A stretch of 64,000 nucleotides of DNA from Marispirochaeta sp. (GTDB lineage: Bacteria > Spirochaetota > Spirochaetia > JC444 > Marispirochaetaceae): the NCBI GenBank assembly GCA_963676835.2, contig CAXXFF010000002.1:192001-256000 (forward strand), read 5' to 3'. This document shows, piece after piece, positions 9,101 to 18,100 of the stretch (positions are counted from its first letter, which is position 1; each line of letters begins with the position of its first letter). A model generated the notes under the pieces. It saw only the letters and a list, made by a program, of their open reading frames with translations. It was not told the origin of the DNA and ran no database searches. Position numbers and translations under genes: made by a program.

Positions 9101-12100
9101 TCATTGTCCGTATCACCCGCATCGGTATCCGGGTCATCAAGAACAGCTGCTGCAGCAATGGGGATGCCTGCATTGGCGCCGCTGCCGAAGGCAACAAAAT
9201 CCCTGATCACCGTAATATCATGGCTGTTGGTATCGATAGTGCCGTTATACAACACAAAATCCCTGCTCACAGAGAGATCACAATGGAAGTCTATAGTATC
9301 ACCGGCAGAATCGATAAACACACTGCTGAAATTGGTAAGCTCGGTGGTTCCGCCTCCATGAACTCCGATTTCGCCATTGCCGGAGAGATCAATCCGAACA
9401 TCATAAACGGTACTGAAGTAACGCTGATTCTGTGCACATTTATAGTACTGCCCATTCAGAAAAATAGTACCGGTACTCTGAACATCGATATTTGTCCCTG
9501 CAGCGCCATCAACACCGTTCTGTGCAGCACTGCCGATACTTGCCAGGGTAATATCTGCACCATCGAAATCAAGATGATGCATTTCGCCGTTGGCAGCTGT
9601 TCCTATATCCCCAATGACCTGCAGATTACCGGTGCCAGAGTCCGCCTGCAGCATGCGGTCATTGACTGTGTTATCATCCGCATCGATATCTCCGGAAAAC
9701 TGAATATCCCCGATGCCCGCGCTGGAAACTGTAGCATCTCCGATCATAATGATATTACTGGCAAGGGTGATATTCCCCGCGGGGTTTGAAATATTATTCC
9801 CCAGGTTAATATCAACCGCCGCAGTAAGGGTAATCTGCCCTCCGTCACCGGTAATACCGGATCCTGCAACTGTTACGGTAATATCCCCTGCAGTGGTGTC
9901 AAGAGTAACAATACCGCCGCCGGTCTGGGATATGCCAGCCACATCAACATTATCAGTTTCATCAATATCTATGGCATTGGCGGTACTGTTGGTAAGATCC
10001 AGGGATGTTACCGCAGTATCCAGGGCAATGCCGTTTGCTGCACTTATGGTCAGGGCACCTGCATCGATATCGCTGGCCCCGTCTGCAAGGGCATCACTGA
10101 CAGCACCGTTTCCGGTAATGGAAACATCTCCTGTACCGGCATCAACCAGCCCCACAGGCAGGTTGCCGATGCTCTGCAGGTAGATATCACCGCCGCCTGT
10201 GGATGTATCTCCGTTCAGCGCTGTTGCAGCGGTTACTTCTATATCAAGCACTCCGGCTCCGCCGATGGCTCCGTTTACCGCATTCAGGGTAACCGTCGCA
10301 CCGTTCACCAGGGCAGTTTCGGTTCCCGTTCCGTCTATCAGACTGCCCGCAGTAGAACTTACTGTTATATCTCCTGCATCGTTGTTCACCACTGCCTGAT
10401 TAAAGGTGATTCCCGTTCCAGCCTGAATGCTTATCGCCGCTCCGGCATCTGCGTTTCCTGAATCAACAAGGGTAACTCCCGTTACCGTTGCTACTGTTCC
10501 AATTACAAGGGCATCCGTTTCAATCAGCGTAAGGTTGCCGGTATCCGTCTCTGCTCCCACGGTTCCAACGGCAATATTCAGATCCGTAATGCCCGTTCCA
10601 GCGGTCAAAGCAAGGGTCTGGGCAGAGATTACCTCCGCAGCGGCCACTCCGTCATCTATAGTTCCCGACGCCGTAAGTGCTACCTGATTGGTTCCGGCTA
10701 TATCGTTTATATCAACCACGGTAATATTGCCGCCGCTGGCTGTTATCGATACATCGCCGTTATTCGGCTCTATCAGCGTAAGGGTTATGTTGTCTGTCTC
10801 GGTTACACTTATATTTCCGGCGGCACTGGTCTGCAGATCTGCATTATCTACCGCAGCCACCACCGTAATGGATCCAGCAGCATCCGCGGTCAGCACATTT
10901 CCGGTTATCCCGGTGGAACCGTTATCGGTAATGGCCCCGCCCTGGGCATCCAGAATCACATCATTCAGCTGTCCCGCTCCGCCAAGCACTTCGGTTACAC
11001 TGATCCCGGCCCCCGTGGAGGTAAGGGTAATGTCATTGGCGTCGTTCGACACAGCCGAACTGTCCACAAGTACTGCGCTTATGGCTCCCGCGGCACTGAC
11101 TGTTATCGAGCCGTTTGCAGTAACCACCGATGTAAGGCTTATCCCGTTTGTCTCGGTAATCGTCAGGTCCGCCGCTCCGTTCATGGCGGCCGTCAGGTTG
11201 GTTATATTCGTGCTGATGCTTTCCGTCACACCGCCGTAGAAATAGAGGGTTCCCGCTCCCCAGGTGTTGTTCGAAAGCAGGGTATCTGTATTGTCGGAAA
11301 TATCTCCAACTGCGGAAAAGTACAGCGTCCCGGTGGTACTTATTGCCGCATCAGGAAGCTCAAGAGTGCTTGTACTCGACACAAGACCAAGATTATCCGC
11401 ATTACCGATGGTCATGGCGTTTACATCAATTGCCAGGTCGTTCGTTATCCGCGTATACCCGGTGGAGCCGTTTCCGGGATTCAGTACGCTCACCGCAAGG
11501 GCCGTTCCCGTGTTATCAACAGCAATCTCGCTTCCCGCGCCTGTCGCCGTTGCACTCAGGGTGCTTACTGCTGTTTCAAGGGCATCCGTTGAAGCCCCGG
11601 TCACATCCCCGGTTCCACCGGAGATATCGCCGATATCGTCGACGGCTGTCAACGTCAGGACTGACGAGGTGACATTATCAAGAGCACCGTTGGCATCGGA
11701 AATATCTCCGGTACTGTCAATTATCACGGTGCCGCCGGGTGCACTTACCGCTCCAAGCAGCAGGTCGCCGATGGAATCGAAGCTGATATCTGTTCCGGCC
11801 GTTGCGGCAACACTGGTGGTTCCCGTGACATCGATAACCGTCGCGTTTCCGATGGAACCCGCCGTCGATGTCAGCGAAATCGTTGCTCCGCTTATATCCG
11901 CGACACCGTCATCTCCACGGCCGTTGATATTCCCTCCAACACTTGTGACAGAAACTGCTCCGCCTGTTGCACTCAAGGTTCCAAGCAGGATGTCATCATC
12001 TGCGGTGAAGGTGATCCCACCGGCTCCGGCGGTGATTACCGATGTAGTCAACGACATATCGATTCCGCCGGTGTTGTTTCCGTCGCTGTCCGCCGCAAGG

Positions 12101-15100
12101 GTTACCAGCGCTCCGTTGGAGGTAATATCCGACTCGGCATTCGACAGAAGGATATCGCCGTAGCTGCTGATGCTTACCGCACCGCCGCTGGTCGAGACTA
12201 TGCCGTCTCCAAGGGATACATCCGTATCGGCCACCGGGGCACGGGGTGTAAAATCGAAGGTTCCCGCTCCGTTGACTCCGGCGGTGATTGAGACTGCTCC
12301 GGGATTGTTTACAACCATGAAGGCATTTGCGGGAACGGTGGTAAAACTGGAACCCTCGATGCTGATATTCTGACCCGCCGTTATGCTTCCGGCTGCCTGA
12401 ATACGCACACCGCCGGAGCCGTCGTTATCAAAGTCAGATATCAGGGTCAGATTACTTCCGGCACCTGCCGCGGTAATATCAGCGGCTATATCAATATCAT
12501 CATCAACACTGACGGTCCATGATCCGCTTATGGTGATATCCGCACTGAAAACGACAGCCCCGCTGCTGCCGTCAAGATCTATATCCCCGGCACCAAGGGT
12601 AGGCGCGAATCCCAGATCCACACCCTCATGAAGGGTAAGAGTTCCGCCTCCGCCGCCGGATGTAGTAAAGCTGTTGACCGCGGAATCTACAACAATGCCG
12701 TTGGCTCCGGTAATAAAGATATCTCCGCCGGTTACCGCGGAGCTGTCAATGTCGGCACTTGCCGGAATATTCAGCAACCCGCCACCGGTCTGATTGAAGG
12801 TGAGTATTCCTCCGGGCTGACTCAACTGATTTAAGTCAACGGCTGCAGCGTTTGTGTTGGTTACTGTGACAAGAGTACCGGCTGATGCTGAAAGTGAAAT
12901 ATCCGTTGCATCCGTTTCAAGAATGTTTGCTCCGCCAATATCTCCGGCCGCAGAAATGATAACTGAAGAACCGACAAAATCGGCAGCTCCGTCATTCACC
13001 GATTCAAGCAGGGTCCCGGAAGAACTTACGCTTATGTTCCCCGCCCCGGCATCAACCAGCCCCACAGGCAGGTTGCCGATGCTCTGCAGGTAGATATCAC
13101 CGCCGCCTGTGGATGTATCTCCGTTCAGCGCTGTTGCAGCGGTTACTTCTATATCAAGCACTCCGGCTCCGCCGATGGCTCCGTTTACCGCATTCAGGGT
13201 AACCGTCGCACCGTTCACCAGGGCAGTTTCGGTTCCCGTTCCGTCTATCAGACTGCCCGCAGTAGAACTTACTGTTATATCTCCTGCATCGTTGTTCACC
13301 ACTGCCTGATTAAAGGTGATTCCCGTTCCAGCCTGAATGCTTATCGCCGCTCCGGCATCTGCGTTTCCTGAATCAACAAGGGTAACTCCCGTTACCGTTG
13401 CTACTGTTCCAATTACAAGGGCATCCGTTTCAATCAGCGTAAGGTTGCCGGTATCCGTCTCTGCTCCCACGGTTCCAACGGCAATATTCAGATCCGTAAT
13501 GCCCGTTCCAGCGGTCAAAGCAAGGGTCTGGGCAGAGATTACCTCCGCAGCGGCCACTCCGTCATCTATAGTTCCCGACGCCGTAAGTGCTACCTGATTG
13601 GTTCCGGCTATATCGTTTATATCAACCACGGTAATATTGCCGCCGCTGGCTGTTATCGATACATCGCCGTTATTCGGCTCTATCAGCGTAAGGGTTATGT
13701 TGTCTGTCTCGGTTACACTTATATTTCCGGCGGCACTGGTCTGCAGATCTGCATTATCTACCGCAGCCACCACCGTAATGGATCCAGCAGCATCCGCGGT
13801 CAGCACATTTCCGGTTATCCCGGTGGAACCGTTATCGGTAATGGCCCCGCCCTGGGCATCCAGAATCACATCATTCAGCTGTCCCGCTCCGCCAAGCACT
13901 TCGGTTACACTGATCCCGGCCCCCGTGGAGGTAAGGGTAATGTCATTGGCGTCGTTCGACACAGCCGAACTGTCCACAAGTACTGCGCTTATGGCTCCCG
14001 CGGCACTGACTGTTATCGAGCCGTTTGCAGTAACCACCGATGTAAGGCTTATCCCGTTTGTCTCGGTAATCGTCAGGTCCGCCGCTCCGCTCATGGAGGC
14101 CGTCAGGTTGGTTATATTCGTGCTGATACTTTCGTCATTTCCGGTGCCGTAGAAATAGAGGGTTCCCGCTGCCCAGGTGTTATTCGACAACAGGGTATCC
14201 GTATTGTCGCTGATATCGCCGGCGGCGGAGAAGTAGAGGATTCCCGTGGTACTGATTGCAGCATCAGGCAGTTCAAGAGTGCTTGCACTCGACACAAGAC
14301 CAAGATTATCCGCATTACCGATGGTCATGGCGTTTACATCAATTGCCAGGTCGTTCGTTATCCGCGTATACCCGGTGGAGCCGTTTCCGGGATTCAGTAC
14401 GCTCACCGCAAGGGCCGTTCCCGTGTTATCAACAGCAATCTCGCTTCCCGCGCCTGTCGCCGTTGCACTCAGGGTGCTTACTGCTGTTTCAAGGGCATCC
14501 GTTGAAGCCCCGGTCACATCCCCGGTTCCACCGGAGATATCGCCGATATCGTCGACGGCTGTCAACGTCAGGACTGACGAGGTGACATTATCAAGAGCAC
14601 CGTTGGCATCGGAAATATCTCCGGTACTGTCAATTATCACGGTGCCGCCGGGTGCACTTACCGCTCCAAGCAGCAGGTCGCCGATGGAATCGAAGCTGAT
14701 ATCTGTTCCGGCCGTTGCGGCAACACTGGTGGTTCCCGTGACATCGATAACCGTCGCGTTTCCGATGGAACCCGCCGTCGATGTCAGCGAAATCGTTGCT
14801 CCGCTTATATCCGCGACACCGTCATCTCCACGGCCGTTGATATTCCCTCCAACACTTGTGACAGAAACTGCTCCGCCTGTTGCACTCAAGGTTCCAAGCA
14901 GGATGTCATCATCTGCGGTGAAGGTGATCCCACCGGCTCCGGCGGTGATTACCGATGTAGTCAACGACATATCGATTCCGCCGGTGTTGTTTCCGTCGCT
15001 GTCCGCCGCAAGGGTTACCAGCGCTCCGTTGGAGGTAATATCCGACTCGGCATTCGACAGAAGGATATCGCCGTAGCTGCTGATGCTTACCGCACCGCCG

Positions 15101-18100
15101 CTGGTCGAGACTATACCGTCTGCAAGGGATACATTCGTATCGGCCACCCAGAAACGCGGGGTAAAATCGAAGGTTCCCGCTCCGTTGACTCCGGCGGTGA
15201 TCGACACTGCTCCGGGATTGTTTACAACCATGAAGGCGTTTGCTGGAACGGCGGTAAAACTGGAGCCCTCAATGCTGATATTCTGGCCCGCTGTTATGCT
15301 TCCGGCTGCCTGGATCCTCACACCGCCGGAGCCGTCGTTATCAAAGTCAGATATCAAGGTAAGATTACTTCCGGCACCTGCCGCGGTAATATCAGCGGCT
15401 ATATCAATATCATCATCAACACTGACGGTCCATGATCCGCTTATGGTGATATCCGCACTGAAAACGACAGCCCCGCTGCTGCCGTCAAGATCTATATCCC
15501 CGGCACCAAGGGTAGGCGCGAATCCCAGATCCACACCCTCATGAAGGGTAAGGGTGCCGCTTCCACCGCCGGCTGTAGTAAAGCTGTTGACCGCGGAATC
15601 TACAACAATGCCGTTAGCGCCGGTAATAAAGATATCTCCGCCGGTTACCGCGGAGCTGTCAATGTCGGCACTTGCCGGAATATTCAGCAACCCGCCGCCG
15701 GTCTGGCTGAAGGTTAGAGTACCTCCGGGCTGGCTTAACTGGTTTAAGGCGACTGGTGCTGCATTTGTATTGGTTACCGTTACAAGTGTACCGACTGAAG
15801 CGGTTATGCTCAGGTCCGTTGCATCGGTTTCAAGAATATTCGCACCGCCGATATTTCCGGCAGAAGCAAGACTGATCGAAGCACCGACAAAATCGGCAGC
15901 TACGTCATTTGCCGATTCAAGCACAGTGCCTGAAGAAGTTACGCTTATGTTCCCCGCCCCGGCAGTAACCAGCCCCACAGGAAGGTTGCCAATACTCTGC
16001 AGGTAGATATCACCGCCGCCGGTGGCGGTATCTCCGTTCAACTCAGTTGCAGCGATTACTTCTATATCAAGCACTCCGGCTCCACCGATGGCTCCGTTGA
16101 CCGCATTCAGGTTTACTGCAGCTCCACTGAACAGTGCCGTCTCGCCACCGGTATTATCAATAATATTTCCGGTGGATGCGGTACAGGTAATATCTCCGGC
16201 ATCATTATTTATAATCGGCTGAGTCAGGGTAACAGTACTACCGGACTGAATGGTAATAACCGCACCGGAATCAGCAGCTCCACTGTCAATCAAGGTTATT
16301 CCGGCTACGGTATCGACGGTTGTCACATTTATGGCGTTATCGGCAATAATGGAAAGATTACCCGTATCCGTTTCCGCAGCCAGGTTGCTGACATCCACAT
16401 TAAGATCAGTAATGCCGCTTCCCGCGGTCAGGCGTAAATCCCGGGTGGAAATGACTTCAGCTGCGGCAGCTCCATCATCAATGCTGCCGAAGGCGTTAAG
16501 AGTTACACGGCTAATTGTGCTTACATCATTGATATCAACTACGGTGATATTCCCCGCCACAGAAACCACATCGATTGTTCCGCTGTTTGCCGTCACCACG
16601 GTCAGGGTAATGTTATCCGCTTCAGATATGTCAATGGCACCCGCCGCACTGGTGGTTACAGAAAGAGAAGTCAGATCCGTATCGGCACTGACGGCGCCGG
16701 CAGCAGTTATGGTTCCGACACTCCCGCTGATGTCTGCTGTTCCGTCAGCGTCGGTAACAGCTCCGGCGGAATCAAGAATAACACTGCCGGTTCCGGCATC
16801 TATAACGCCAAGAGGCATTGCAGCTGTTGTGGAAAGATAGATATCTCCGCCGGCGGTTGAAGTATCCGCATTAAGGGCGGTGGTGATAGTAACTTCCACA
16901 TCTCCGGCAGCGGCTGCACCGATTGCACCGCTTACTGCATTCAAAGATACGGTGGCTCCGGAAACCAGTGCTGTTTCCGCTCCCGAACCGTCTGTTATAG
17001 AGCCGCCGGAAGAAGTGATGTTTACATTACCTCCGGTTGAACTGATAAGATTTGTTAGGGAAAGTCCGGCGGAAACGGCTATATCAATCAGGCCGGCGGC
17101 TTCTACGGTACTGCCCTGGGTGAAGCCGGCGGCATCCAGGTTCAGACTGGCCAAATCCGTCGCAGCCCCCCAGGTTGCCGTACTGCTTACTGTTCCGCCG
17201 GTACCTCCATTTACTGTCAGGTCAAATCCGCCGGTTATGGAACCAACTGTAATATTTGCCCCCGCCGGGTTTCCGTTGGAAGTGGCATCAATAGCTGTGG
17301 TCGCGGTTAGGGTAAGAGCGGTAGTATCGAGATCAATTACACCGGCTTCACTCAGAAGAGAACCGGCAAGTGATTTTACCCCGGCCGTCGCGGTTAACCC
17401 GCCTGTAAAGGTGATGGAATCACCCGCAGCACTGCCAAACGTAGTTGTCCCGGTATTGCTCAAGGTGGTATTACCGGCAATGGAAGAGGTCTGCCCGCCG
17501 GTATCGGCATTAAAACTCAGGTCGAAGGCCACACCGGCACCGACACTTAAACCGGTGCTTATGGTTAGCGCATCATTAAATGTGATGGATCCGCCTGTCT
17601 TGTTTAAAACCATCGTATTGAAGGCGTTGCCCCCGGATGTTACAGACTGAGCACCGGTTCCATTGAACTGCACGGTGCCGCTGCTGTGAGTAAATGTTGT
17701 GGGAGCAAAATCGCCGCCTACAGAGGTTGTTCCGCTTGTTGCGGTGTAGGTATCTATAAGCAGGTCGCCGGTAAAGGTTACGGAACCTGTGCCGCCGTCT
17801 ATACTTCCGCTGCCGGAGGTGTCGTCACCGACGGAGAGAGTTCCGGTACCAACTGTCATAGCTCCATCGATAAACAGATCATTACCTATGGTAAAAGTCT
17901 CAGCTCCTACGTCAAAGGTTGCACCTGCCTCAATGATAACCTGACCTACAGTAGGGCTAACCCCTCCTCCTGAATCCAGATCAGGGTAAGAACCTAGGCC
18001 TCCGGGGATATAGATAGAATCGGCTGTTGTATTGGGTATGCCGACGGGACTCCAGTTAACATTATTACTGAAATCGCCGTCAAACCCGCCACCTGTCCAG

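Noticed and set aside
10136..15960. Near-identical repeat pair as a possible diversity-generating retroelement template/variable region
   Set aside because: Kilobase-scale and in frame, the differences are not adenine-specific, and there is no reverse transcriptase in the window.
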